IMG/VR virus record: IMGVR_UViG_3300030095_005707
Span: 1 to 27,221 of that record
Reading direction: 5' to 3' (one strand)
Length of the DNA stretch: 27,221 nt
Origin: a virus
Lineage: Duplodnaviria; Caudoviricetes
Shown here: positions 14,205 through 23,241 of the stretch, piece after piece
Layout of the letters: each line of letters opens with the position of its first letter
Position numbering within the stretch: the first letter of the stretch is position 1
Notes under the pieces: model-generated
The model's database searches: none
What the model was told of the DNA's origin: nothing
What the model saw: only the letters and a program-made list of their open reading frames with translations
Program-made: the position numbers and the translations under genes

Positions 14205-16075
14205 CTTGTCCCTCCTGGAGATCCTTCTACTCTGGTTTCGCCGACCCGCCAGTCAGTGTCAAAGGGCCCTTCTACCCGGAACTGGATCTGACGTCCGTTA
14301 AAGCGGGTGTCAACAAACCCATCATTATCTAAGGCGAACGGCCCCCTCATCGAGGCCGTTGTGTCTGGGTTGTCGGCGGTCTGAAATTTAAGCCTGACCG
14401 CATTGTCTCCGGCCTCCGTGTCGGTGACGATCTGACGGACCTTCATCCGGTTCTGTCCGTTCCCGATCTCGATGGCCCCGGTCTCGGCGAAGACTGGGTG
14501 AAGCTCATCGGCGATCCCGGAATAATCTGTAGCCTTAACCGACTTCACTAAGGGACGGTTCGACGTGCCCAGGGCCTCATCAGTTGAGGGCGGTGTCACG
14601 CCTACAGACCTGCTTAACCCGATAACCGGGTCGAGGCCTAGCTCATGCTTGTAGAGATACCCGTCGGTCCCGGAGGCGACCGGGCTGTCCATGGTCCCGG
14701 AGGCTTGCCAGGCGGATCTCTTCAGATCGCCCGTCACCCAATGATTTTCCCGGTAAGAGTAGACAAGGTATCTTGTCGGAGTTTCGTCTCCTGACGTCGG
14801 ATAAAACCACCATAGTTCGCCAAAATCGGGGTTGTCCCCGCCGTAGATCAGGCCCGCAATATCGAGGTTGATATCACTGAACACATAGTCGGCGACATCG
14901 CACTGTAGTTCTTTAATGTAACCGCCTGAGTAGGACCACATACGGCCCCTGGAGATCCACCCCAGGAAGTCCCCGGATCCTGCTATTGAGTTCGGCCCCG
15001 CCGGGCCGATGCCCTCGGCGATCCGCACGGCCGAGTAGACGTAAGGAGGCCCAATATAATCGAGCCGGAAGACATCCGTCGTCGTGAATATTAGGACCCC
15101 GTATCGAGTTTTCCGAGCCCCTACGATCTCGCCGGTCGTCTGGAGTTCAATCGCCCGTGCCGTGTTCGTCGTCGAAGGCGTCCAGTCTGAGGCCGTAAAC
15201 CCTCCATCCTGGGTAGCGAAACGTATCTTTCGGACATTACCCGCCGGGGCCAAGACCATGAGGTGTCGTTCGGGCGTCACCAGGACCCCCTTTAAACCTG
15301 AAAGCTGAGAACCGGAATCGGTTACCTGGACGGCGACCGTACTGAGCCCGTTGGCCTGTTCCCATCGGTACAGTTTCCCGTCACCGGTGTGGACTCCGAC
15401 CAGGTCGTCCCCTTTATTATCCAGGGACCAGACTGGGGCGAAGATGTCATCAGGGTTCGGAAATCTCGGGGTCCCGTAGTAGTCGTCCCCGTAATTCAGG
15501 GCCCCGTACCCTAGCCCGGATATCTGGAAATCAGGCTTGCCAAAGGTCAGCGTCACATTGGAGGCCGTGGCCGTCGCACTGGCGGATAGTGTAAAACTTG
15601 TCGAGTTCGGCACGGTGTCCACGGTGGCCCCGTTAGGCACTCCGGAACCTGAAACCGCCATGCCAGGCTTAATAAGTGTGCTTGAGTCTACCGTCACCGT
15701 CACGGACCCGCTTGTGGTGTCGCAAGTGTTATTCGTGGAAAGAATCCCCGTCGGGGTGACGTTGTAAATTTCCGGGAGTGTGTCAGTGGCGTTATCCTCG
15801 ACCCCCTCAAATATCCTGAGAGAGTTGACTGAGCCGATCCCCAGGTAACGGATCCCCTCCTCAGACCTCCAGGAGTGGAGGCCCCTGATCGGGTCAGGGG
15901 TCGCCCCGTCCGGTTTTAAAACTCTGGTATTGGATAGCCGGGTCCATCCCCCAATAGGCCTGAGACGGCCCTCAGAGAACCGGACCAGGTTTCCTGAACG
16001 CCACCGGCCTTTTGTCTCGTAGGCGGTCCCGTTCCGGTAAAACCCTGGCGGTATCTTTAGTGGGATCAGGGCCAT
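14201..16075 (-). CDS. Tail hub / packaged-DNA stabilization protein (P22 gp10-like)
   Basis: L.IPPG.YRNGT...GRW...NLVRF..G...PIGGW start; ELWWFYP and Y.Y.EN.W..G.L.R.AW motifs; beta-rich, with an inserted Ser/Thr-rich domain. Confidence 0.8.
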   Translation of the reverse strand: MALIPLKIPPGFYRNGTAYETKGRWRSGNLVRFSEGRLRPIGGWTRLSNTRVLKPDGATPDPIRGLHSWRSEEGIRYLGIGSVNSLRIFEGVEDNATDTLPEIYNVTPTGILSTNNTCDTTSGSVTVTVDSSTLIKPGMAVSGSGVPNGATVDTVPNSTSFTLSASATATASNVTLTFGKPDFQISGLGYGALNYGDDYYGTPRFPNPDDIFAPVWSLDNKGDDLVGVHTGDGKLYRWEQANGLSTVAVQVTDSGSQLSGLKGVLVTPERHLMVLAPAGNVRKIRFATQDGGFTASDWTPSTTNTARAIELQTTGEIVGARKTRYGVLIFTTTDVFRLDYIGPPYVYSAVRIAEGIGPAGPNSIAGSGDFLGWISRGRMWSYSGGYIKELQCDVADYVFSDINLDIAGLIYGGDNPDFGELWWFYPTSGDETPTRYLVYSYRENHWVTGDLKRSAWQASGTMDSPVASGTDGYLYKHELGLDPVIGLSRSVGVTPPSTDEALGTSNRPLVKSVKATDYSGIADELHPVFAETGAIEIGNGQNRMKVRQIVTDTEAGDNAVRLKFQTADNPDTTASMRGPFALDNDGFVDTRFNGRQIQFRVEGPFDTDWRVGETRVEGSPGGTR

Positions 16076-16557
16076 TAATTCAGCCCGGGGAGATAGACGG
16101 TCTTGCCGTCTTGTTTCACGGCCCGGAGGATCTGTTTCCGGTTCTCCCGTTTACATCGTTTATTTGAAATATGGATCCAGCCTTGGAATAAATCTTTTCC
16201 CTCGGGGTCCTCAAATTCTAAAATTAATTGATCCCAGGAAAGCGTGGTGGACACGATCCACTCGGCGACCGCCCGGTTCCCTGGGCTCTTGAAACATTCG
16301 AAATCGAAGGCCTCGCCGAAACAATGCGAGCTCTTATTGGATGATTTCAAGGCCTCCGACAAATCAGGATGTCGGAAACCGCTGGAAATAGAGACCGGGC
16401 CGAAGTTGTTGCGGATTGGTTCCATAACCGTCTGGGCCAAGGCGACTAGGTTTGGGATCGCCTCCGGCACGTCGGATGCCTTGTTCTGGATCCCCATCCT
16501 CAACGCCGTCTGGCTTTTCTCCGCCTCCCTGAGTGTCACATGGTCGGACAGGAACAT
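16075..16557 (-). CDS. Endolysin, peptidase M15A family
   Basis: ISSGFR, SSHCFGEAFD (SxHxxGxAxD) and WIHIS zinc-binding motifs. Confidence 0.88.
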   Translation of the reverse strand: MFLSDHVTLREAEKSQTALRMGIQNKASDVPEAIPNLVALAQTVMEPIRNNFGPVSISSGFRHPDLSEALKSSNKSSHCFGEAFDFECFKSPGNRAVAEWIVSTTLSWDQLILEFEDPEGKDLFQGWIHISNKRCKRENRKQILRAVKQDGKTVYLPGLN

Positions 16558-16560
16558 TCA

Positions 16561-16752
16561 TCAACCCAAGAACTCTTTAACCGATTTGAACGAATTTTCG
16601 GGCATTGACTCGACGACTAGGTCCATCGCCTTTTTCTGGGAGTCATTCATGTTCTCTTCAATGAACTCCTCGACTTCTTCCTTAACAACGGAACAGGCGG
16701 GGTCCAGGATGAATTTTTGTGCTAACGATAACAGTATTGATTCAAGTCCCAT
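16561..16752 (-). CDS. Small hypothetical protein in the lysis module
   Basis: 63-aa ORF tightly packed between the holin-like gene and the endolysin. Confidence 0.6.
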   Translation of the reverse strand: MGLESILLSLAQKFILDPACSVVKEEVEEFIEENMNDSQKKAMDLVVESMPENSFKSVKEFLG

Positions 16753-17086
16753 ATTCGGTTTCTTTTTGGGGTTCAGGTTTGGGTTCTGGCTTATGAGGTT
16801 TTTCCTCCATTAAATCTGAGTCGCCGTTAAAATAGAACGTCGAAATTCCTGAGATCACACTAATAAATGATCCGATGAGTATGTTAAGAAGGTCCCGGCT
16901 AGATTGGTGCATCTCTGTTTCGGCGACCAGCATCATGTGAACGATGTACAGAAAAATTGCGAATGCACTGATGGAAATGACCAGGCGTCCGTAAAAACGG
17001 GCGACCGTGATCCTTTCATTGACTGTCATTTTCTTGGGAGGTGTGGGGTCCCCCTTCTTTGTCGTCTTCTCGATTATCTCTTCCAC
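16742..17086 (-). CDS. Holin-like protein with two transmembrane segments
   Basis: LVISISAFAIFLYIVHMMLV and LLNILIGSFISVISGISTFYF segments; GGAGG RBS; near the endolysin. Confidence 0.7.
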   Translation of the reverse strand: MEEIIEKTTKKGDPTPPKKMTVNERITVARFYGRLVISISAFAIFLYIVHMMLVAETEMHQSSRDLLNILIGSFISVISGISTFYFNGDSDLMEEKPHKPEPKPEPQKETEYGT

Positions 17087-17229
17087 TACTGTCCTCCTCG
17101 GATCTCTTCAAGTGTCGGTTCGTCGTCTTCGTCTTCTTCAATCTCATCGGGGTCATCCTGGTCCCCGTAAATCCTGGACTCAATCCAGTCTGGTTTCAGC
17201 CAATCCAAAAATCTTTGGATCACTTCCAT
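17086..17229 (-). CDS. Small acidic protein (47 aa)
   Basis: Below the ORF-track cutoff. MEVIQRFLDWLKPDWIESRIYGDQDDPDEIEEDEDDEPTLEEIRGGQ fills the gap exactly, with a TAGTG overlap. Confidence 0.65.
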   Translation of the reverse strand: MEVIQRFLDWLKPDWIESRIYGDQDDPDEIEEDEDDEPTLEEIRGGQ

Positions 17230-17232
17230 TTG

Positions 17233-17589
17233 TCACCGTCCTTTCGATATGATTAATTCCCGGATAACCTGGGAGTTCTGGTCCACTGACTGTTTCACTT
17301 GTTCCAGGGCAATCTTGATACTGAGTAGGGCGTCGCTGGACTTCTCGACCATCGAGATGATCTTGGCGTCCTTCTCCTCCTCCCGGATGGCGTAGGCCTC
17401 CCGTTCCTTCCTCGCCCAGTCAAATTGATATTTACAGAACCACAAGAGGATACCCGCCAAACAGACTGGGACCCCAAAACCATTAAGAAGATCGACAATC
17501 GTGTTCACATCCATAAGGGATTCTGGGGATGGGGTTGTCGGATAATTGTAATATTGCTGATCCGCCGGATTAAGATGGTGTCCACTCAT
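17233..17589 (-). CDS. Single-TM plus coiled-coil membrane protein (holin-like or lysis accessory)
   Basis: GFGVPVCLAGILLWF segment followed by a charged coiled coil. Confidence 0.6.
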   Translation of the reverse strand: MSGHHLNPADQQYYNYPTTPSPESLMDVNTIVDLLNGFGVPVCLAGILLWFCKYQFDWARKEREAYAIREEEKDAKIISMVEKSSDALLSIKIALEQVKQSVDQNSQVIRELIISKGR

Positions 17590-17879
17590 GTTGGCTTTGG
17601 ATACTTATCTTTTACTGCTTTAATCTTTGCTTTCCACCCATCTATATCATGGTAAATCTGGTCTAGCTGTTCAGGGATTGGGTCGTAAGCATCTGCCCTT
17701 GACCTAGCGTAAGCCTGTTTTTCGTACTCAGCTTCAAGCTCTTTTAGCTTTGCATTTACTTCTGATTCCGTTGGTGGTTTTTGTTCGTCACGAAACTTAT
17801 ATTCTGAAATTGGGCCATTAGTAGGTCCAGATATTTGCCCCCCAACTAACGCATGAACTGCGTTAAATTTTGTAATCAT
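17586..17879 (-). CDS. Putative tail fibre chaperone (cassette 3)
   Basis: PTE.E..AK...L...Y....Y.R.R...Y..I.EQLD.IYHD...WK..I.AVK.KYPK pattern, commonly found after fibre genes in aquatic phages. Confidence 0.72.
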   Translation of the reverse strand: MITKFNAVHALVGGQISGPTNGPISEYKFRDEQKPPTESEVNAKLKELEAEYEKQAYARSRADAYDPIPEQLDQIYHDIDGWKAKIKAVKDKYPKPT

Positions 17880-18550
17880 GTTATTACATCCCCTTGAATT
17901 TCATAATAATACAAAACTAATTTGTGTGAAGTATCCCAATTTACAGTAAAGCTAACACTACCATTATGACCAGAGTTAAATGCTAAACCTAAATAATGAG
18001 TGGCTTGAGTAGCTACAAATTGACCACCTAAATGAAAAGCGTTATACTGCCCTGCTTGTGTGTCAGTAGCTGAAACAAGCTCATTACCTATAATATAAGC
18101 AGGACCATTACTTCCTAGTGAAGATGTGTCTCCTGCTGAGACACTACTGGTATGATATTGCGTTCTTAAATATCCAAATCTATGCCTTGTGCTATTACTT
18201 GGGACTCTTTCTGCACCAACATAACCATTCCAAAAAAAGACAATACTGTTACCAGAAGTGCATGAAATTTGTTTGTAAGTTATAACAGCTTCATAACTGT
18301 CTGACGTTGTTGTATGACTACTTCCAGCCTCTTCGATTACTCTAAAATTAACAATGTGACCAGTAGGAAAAGTCACATCATTATGTAAAGTTACCGCACT
18401 TGAACTAAGTGTTGCTAGAGTCTTAGTTGCTGATCCGTCTTTAATGGTATTAGCATTAAGCGTATTATTCCCAGAACCATCGGTACTCAGAACTGTGTTC
18501 TGGGTTCCTGTTTTGTTTTTTATAGTATCTACTTCGATAATTGAAGGCAT
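17876..18550 (-). CDS. Tail fibre / receptor-binding protein (cassette 3)
   Basis: S.I.VDTI...G start, FP.G..V motif, S/T/G-rich beta domain; AT-rich DNA. Confidence 0.72.
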   Translation of the reverse strand: MPSIIEVDTIKNKTGTQNTVLSTDGSGNNTLNANTIKDGSATKTLATLSSSAVTLHNDVTFPTGHIVNFRVIEEAGSSHTTTSDSYEAVITYKQISCTSGNSIVFFWNGYVGAERVPSNSTRHRFGYLRTQYHTSSVSAGDTSSLGSNGPAYIIGNELVSATDTQAGQYNAFHLGGQFVATQATHYLGLAFNSGHNGSVSFTVNWDTSHKLVLYYYEIQGDVIT

Positions 18551-18555
18551 TGTTG

Positions 18556-18819
18556 TTACTCTGGTTTATTGGGCCAATTTAAATTATCTGGATCTGAAAA
18601 ATCCATATCTCTTAATGCTTGTCTGTATGCTTTCCATTCAGTAATTTTAGATTCAGACATACCACGATCCGTCACTATTTTATTGTCTGATTTTGCTAAC
18701 AATGAATTACGTTTAGCTCTTTCAATTGCTATTCTACGTTCTAATTTAGGTGGTGTTTCTCCACCAGTAGTCAGAATAACAGGATCACCCTGTCCAACTT
18801 TAAAAGAAAAAGTTCCCAT
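18556..18819 (-). CDS. Tail fibre assembly chaperone (cassette 2)
   Basis: R.KRN.LL..SD...W..YRQALRD...WP.KP motif. Confidence 0.82.
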   Translation of the reverse strand: MGTFSFKVGQGDPVILTTGGETPPKLERRIAIERAKRNSLLAKSDNKIVTDRGMSESKITEWKAYRQALRDMDFSDPDNLNWPNKPE

Positions 18820-18820
18820 A

Positions 18821-19636
18821 TTACGATGTACTAAGATTTAATTTTAATCCCAATAAGTGCATTGTCGTTTCTGCTTTTATAGTATCTCTGCTTTCATTAT
18901 AAATAACGAATCCTGTGACAGCATCATTAGCCTCATCAGCACTATAATAAGTATAACCTGCAATACGACAAGCTTCTGTCCCATAAGTAGCTGTGGGTTC
19001 GTGCCCATACAAAGAAAAACTATATCCACCTGAATAATATGAACCCCTATCACTTGTTACACTTGCATTTGTCCCATAGTCCCAAATATCTGCCCGTTGT
19101 GGCATCCAAAAATCAATGTAACCTCTATAGCCATCGTTAGCGTGATTCGCACTCATAGTATTCAGAATAATAGGAAACTCAGTTTGATCATGGATTGCGT
19201 ATTGTACGGCTATTTCAAAAACACCACCATCACCACCTTCTATTACACTCATACCTCTGTAATTAGACCCAGTACGCACATTTGTTGTACTCCAAGTAGG
19301 GGCAGATATAGTTTTTGATCCAGTGCTTACATCATACGATAAATAAATGTTATTTGAATTATCGTTTACACCAAAATACGGGATTATTAACCTATACATT
19401 GTATGGTATCGGTCAAATACATTTTGGAATTTAATATTACCATTTGTTATATCTGATGTTGATGAAAACGAACCTATATGATCCCACGGAGAATTAACAA
19501 TACCAGTTGCATTACTACCTAAATTAATAACAGGATTGTTATCTGTAAATGTTACTCTACCAGTAGTATCCGCAATGCTTATCCCAGCAGTTCCGTCTTT
19601 TGCTTTAACAGATGATACTTTTATTTCAGAACTCAT
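18821..19636 (-). CDS. Tail fibre / receptor-binding protein (cassette 2)
   Basis: MSSEIKV..V..KDGTAGISIAD.TG.VTF start, aromatic-rich C-terminal domain, followed by a chaperone. Confidence 0.72.
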   Translation of the reverse strand: MSSEIKVSSVKAKDGTAGISIADTTGRVTFTDNNPVINLGSNATGIVNSPWDHIGSFSSTSDITNGNIKFQNVFDRYHTMYRLIIPYFGVNDNSNNIYLSYDVSTGSKTISAPTWSTTNVRTGSNYRGMSVIEGGDGGVFEIAVQYAIHDQTEFPIILNTMSANHANDGYRGYIDFWMPQRADIWDYGTNASVTSDRGSYYSGGYSFSLYGHEPTATYGTEACRIAGYTYYSADEANDAVTGFVIYNESRDTIKAETTMHLLGLKLNLSTS

Positions 19637-19818
19637 GATGCTTCTTCTATTGTTAATTCACCTGCATCTACTTGTCGCATGATTTCTAAATAGTGTCTAT
19701 TATCGCCATTAATTGGAACCCAACAGTTTTCTCCATCTATAATACACTGCACTCCTTTATTGTCACTCCAACCATCTGGAGTCTGGTTTTTAGTATATTT
19801 TGCGTTTTCTATTTTCAT
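19633..19818 (-). CDS. Putative tail fibre chaperone (cassette 1)
   Basis: I..AKY...IDG....VP....NRHY.EI..QV..G.LTIEEA pattern. Confidence 0.7.
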   Translation of the reverse strand: MKIENAKYTKNQTPDGWSDNKGVQCIIDGENCWVPINGDNRHYLEIMRQVDAGELTIEEAS

Positions 19819-19820
19819 AA

Positions 19821-20945
19821 TTATGCCAATTCTGCATCCAAAGATAAGTATCCGTTTGCCTGAAATCCCATAAGTCCTGTATCTTCACTACTACTCCCTG
19901 TCATTTGAAAAGGAACTAAAGTAAAATTATTTTCACTATCTATAGTGTCATAAAAACTAACAGTTGTATAAGAAGTAGACCAACTTCCAGCAGGATGTGA
20001 CCATCTACCTAAATTAGCCTGATTAATAGTTGGTTGATGATGTCTCAGAGGTACTGGTAGATGAATTGGAAATACATGATTGCTGGTATTAAATCTATGG
20101 TATATCGCAAATTGCTGGTAAAGATTTCCAGTTATTTTCCAATAGTATCTCTGACACCTTCGTAACTCTTCTCCAAAACTTTTAAACTCAAAAGGAGTTG
20201 CTACACTGCCGAGTTCTAATTGAACTCCTGTTATATAAAAAGTATTATTTTGGGTTGCCATCAGGTTAACTTGATTAGAAGAAGAGTACTTATCACCTGA
20301 TCCCCAAGAATTAGCAGAAGCTGTATAAGTTGACCCCATTGCTATAGCTAACCTAATTTTTATAGACTTTGTATTAACTGCTTTAGGCCAAGTCCCTGTT
20401 TGATCACCCTGAAATGTGATTGTTTTACGTTCCCAAGTATCTGCAGAGTTTATGGTATATTCAAATGGATATGACCTATCACCAGCATTATTGGTTATTG
20501 AACCACCAAATGTCCCAGTTATACTAGAACGAACATAAAAAGATAGTGTGACTGTTTTTGCATTTGAATTACCAAACTCTAAATGGGCAGTATCATAACC
20601 CTCAAAATTATAAGTAAGCATATAATAGTCACCACTCGCTATACTAGAATCTATAGTATCTACATTAATTTTTGCTGAGTAACTAAACCCCACAGGGACT
20701 ACAGTAGATTGTTGCTGTACGCTAAATGCACCACCCCCTGCTTGATAAGTTTGTAAACGATCTATAGTGTATGCACCATTAGATGGGGATACAGCAGAAC
20801 CACTATTGCGTTGATCAATTATCATCCCCCCATTAATAATCATATTTCTATGACTTAACGGAGTTGCAGGAACTATATCATTTGAAAAAGTAATGCCACT
20901 ACCTGAAGTAGATTCAGCAATAGTATTTGTAAATAATCCTGTCAT
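19821..20945 (-). CDS. Tail fibre / receptor-binding protein with carbohydrate-binding-like domain (cassette 1)
   Basis: RN.IINGGM.IDQR, VTLSF.V.S, WE.KTIT and ITGVQLE.G.VATPFE..S.G.EL..CQRYY motifs. Confidence 0.82.
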   Translation of the reverse strand: MTGLFTNTIAESTSGSGITFSNDIVPATPLSHRNMIINGGMIIDQRNSGSAVSPSNGAYTIDRLQTYQAGGGAFSVQQQSTVVPVGFSYSAKINVDTIDSSIASGDYYMLTYNFEGYDTAHLEFGNSNAKTVTLSFYVRSSITGTFGGSITNNAGDRSYPFEYTINSADTWERKTITFQGDQTGTWPKAVNTKSIKIRLAIAMGSTYTASANSWGSGDKYSSSNQVNLMATQNNTFYITGVQLELGSVATPFEFKSFGEELRRCQRYYWKITGNLYQQFAIYHRFNTSNHVFPIHLPVPLRHHQPTINQANLGRWSHPAGSWSTSYTTVSFYDTIDSENNFTLVPFQMTGSSSEDTGLMGFQANGYLSLDAELA

Positions 20946-20965
20946 ACGATCACCAGTGTGCCTTT

Positions 20966-21556
20966 CTAAATTATAACAAGTGTGCCCTCGACCGTGATCG
21001 ATCCATTCGTACCCACGGTCACGGGTCCGGCCATGGTCGCCCCGTAGTTCGCCGGGATCGTCACCGCATGATCGATCTGGGCGTCATGCATCGCCACCCC
21101 GTCCTTTACGATAAACAACTTGTCGTCCACGGTTTTGATGTTCTGGTTCACATAATGTCCCCAAGAATCGGAGTCCCCGAGGATCGGTTTCCGGAGGGCG
21201 ACGTTCGACGTCGCTATAAACTCCGCCGAGGTTGTTGTCACGGCCCCGCCGTATCCCGAGTGCCCGGAACAATAGTAGTACAAGGTCGCCGGGGTCGAGG
21301 ACGTCACGCTTATTTCTGTGTAGGCCCCGGAGGACCCAGGCGTCCCATTTGTCGTTACGCCGGTCGTGTATTCAGATCCTGAGTTGTGGGTCCCGTCCGA
21401 GGTCGTGGAAAACCTCAGAGGGTGAGTCGCATTAGACGAATCAGACTGGGTGAACCGGTACGTTATGTCGTGGCCTAATTCCAAAGCCGGGACCGAATAC
21501 CCGTCGATCTCGTACTTCGAGCTAACCACTTTCACTTCAAAGACGTATGTTGCCAT
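20966..21556 (-). CDS. Tail fibre adaptor with N-terminal cupredoxin-like domain
   Basis: HPLRFSTT.DG.H...LYYYC..HSG.GG domain, internal L.KP..G...WG...N.N motif, C-terminal TIP.....MAGPVT...GTLVI motif. Confidence 0.7.
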   Translation of the reverse strand: MATYVFEVKVVSSKYEIDGYSVPALELGHDITYRFTQSDSSNATHPLRFSTTSDGTHNSGSEYTTGVTTNGTPGSSGAYTEISVTSSTPATLYYYCSGHSGYGGAVTTTSAEFIATSNVALRKPILGDSDSWGHYVNQNIKTVDDKLFIVKDGVAMHDAQIDHAVTIPANYGATMAGPVTVGTNGSITVEGTLVII

Positions 21557-22455
21557 CAGCTAACCTGGGGAACTTTTGCAAGGATTATAAAATTAACGAC
21601 GAAGAAGGGGTTGACGATATTATGGGCCTGGCCCCCGCCGGTGTTCGCATTGGTGACGCCTACCGTCGCCGTGTGGTTGTGTGCTAGGTTCGGGAGAGTC
21701 CCAGAGACAGTGTGACTATGGCCTGGGTCAACTATGACGGCGTTCCCAGTCTCCGTGGTCCGTGAGTGGGTCTCTTCTACGGCATTGCCGAGTGCCTGGA
21801 ACCCATCACCAGAACCGGCCCCCTGAGAAGTATTTCTCATTCCCTCTTCAGTGAAACCGTGTGTGTGCCCTGAATCCGTGATCGATGTTGTTGAGCTTTG
21901 CGTGTTTCCGGTAAAGGCTGACGTGTTATCTGAGTCCGTGTTTCCGAGTGTGCCGTCCCGTGGGTCTACGCTATTGATAGAGGCCGTTACGGACGGGACG
22001 TGAGTGTGTGACGGGATCTCAGTTTGGGTCAGTGTGTGGGTCTCATTACCCCCAGAGGCCCCGGCATTCCGGGAAGTGTTAGCGAAGCTGGACCGCCCGT
22101 TGACCGTCGTATTATTGACGTAACCTAACGGAGAACGGCCTCTGAGGTCCGGAAGGCGGAAGTTCCCAGTACCCGCATTGCTTGAGGGATCCAAGACCGA
22201 TTGAAGGGGTGACAGTATGGTGTAGAGGTCCGGGTAAGTCGTCTGAGAGACTCCAGACCCATCGCAGATCAACCAGATCCCGGTGTGGGTCGTGGTTGGG
22301 GCGGATGAACTAGGCCACATATGGATTATGCCAATCGGGCTGACATCGGCGACAAAATCATCTAATACCTGGAGGGCGGAATTATTCAACCCACCCCATG
22401 AGTTTCTAGATCCGCCGACGGTTGGAATTGTGATATTCAGTGCGTTTGTAGGCAT
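21556..22455 (-). CDS. Tail fibre with tail-collar domain and HxH needle repeats
   Basis: PIG.I.MW...WL.CDG..VS.TTY.DL...FRLPDLRGR collar motif, four HxH motifs, AH.I..PF.VVNFII end. Confidence 0.88.
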   Translation of the reverse strand: MPTNALNITIPTVGGSRNSWGGLNNSALQVLDDFVADVSPIGIIHMWPSSSAPTTTHTGIWLICDGSGVSQTTYPDLYTILSPLQSVLDPSSNAGTGNFRLPDLRGRSPLGYVNNTTVNGRSSFANTSRNAGASGGNETHTLTQTEIPSHTHVPSVTASINSVDPRDGTLGNTDSDNTSAFTGNTQSSTTSITDSGHTHGFTEEGMRNTSQGAGSGDGFQALGNAVEETHSRTTETGNAVIVDPGHSHTVSGTLPNLAHNHTATVGVTNANTGGGQAHNIVNPFFVVNFIILAKVPQVS

Positions 22456-22821
22456 TTAAACTATCTCTATTTGTGTCCAGGTTGTCGTCACATCGTCAAT
22501 ACCATCCCAGGCCAGTAACGCCTGACCTGAACCTCCCGCCGTGGACGTCATACTCATAATTGACCCCTGACGGATCCGTATTGGTCGCCCTGCTAAAGCC
22601 GAGACGGTCACTATAAGATGGGCGTTAAACCCTGACTCAGCTAAACCGAATTCCTCAAAGTTTCCTATACCGACAAGGCTGGCGACCGAGTTGATGGTCG
22701 CAAATCCTGGCCGGATCCTGGTCGGCTGGGCCGTTACCGAGGAAGTCGCTACGATCTCGGCGGAATCCTGACCGCCTACACCCCAGAGGCCCTCGCCAAA
22801 ATTCCCTAACCCCCAGGACAT
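22456..22821 (-). CDS. Virion structural protein
   Basis: WG.G.FG.G.WG start, repeated P.RIR.G, located in the structural operon. Confidence 0.6.
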   Translation of the reverse strand: MSWGLGNFGEGLWGVGGQDSAEIVATSSVTAQPTRIRPGFATINSVASLVGIGNFEEFGLAESGFNAHLIVTVSALAGRPIRIRQGSIMSMTSTAGGSGQALLAWDGIDDVTTTWTQIEIV

Positions 22822-23240
22822 TAGCTCAGACTGACCTTCAGGTTCCCACTGGCGATCTTAAAGACGTCGCCCTGGCTGATGATCTTAGACGTCGCCGATC
22901 CGCCCGAGTCTGTCAACTGGACATAGGCCAGGAAGTTCCCGGCGGAAGTGGCGTCAAATATCCCGATATAGGTCACGGTCCCCCAGTTCGATCCGGCCTC
23001 GTCAAAGAGGACGTCCGCCGAGGAAACAATCTGCTTGGTGGCCCCCTGGGTGGCGGGGGCGTTGAATGTTACGGCCTTCCTCACATAGCCAGTCCCGGAA
23101 ATCTCTGAGACGGACGTTGACTCATCCGGCTGGGCCGTTAAAAGGCCTACATAGACCGCCGACGGGCTGGCGTAGGTGTCCGGATTATTCCGGAAAAGGA
23201 AGTTCAAAAGATTCGTTTCAGTAAGGTCGGTAAAACTCAT
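22821..23240 (-). CDS. Conserved virion structural protein
   Basis: VYVGL.TA.P...E.SG.GY.R..VTF...WGTVT..GIFDA...GN.L motif widespread in tailed phages. Confidence 0.75.
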   Translation of the reverse strand: MSFTDLTETNLLNFLFRNNPDTYASPSAVYVGLLTAQPDESTSVSEISGTGYVRKAVTFNAPATQGATKQIVSSADVLFDEAGSNWGTVTYIGIFDATSAGNFLAYVQLTDSGGSATSKIISQGDVFKIASGNLKVSLS

Positions 23241-23241
23241 G

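Noticed and set aside
17586-20945. Diversity-generating retroelement or invertible fibre switch
   Set aside because: No reverse transcriptase, template/variable repeat pair or invertase seen, and all cassettes share one orientation.
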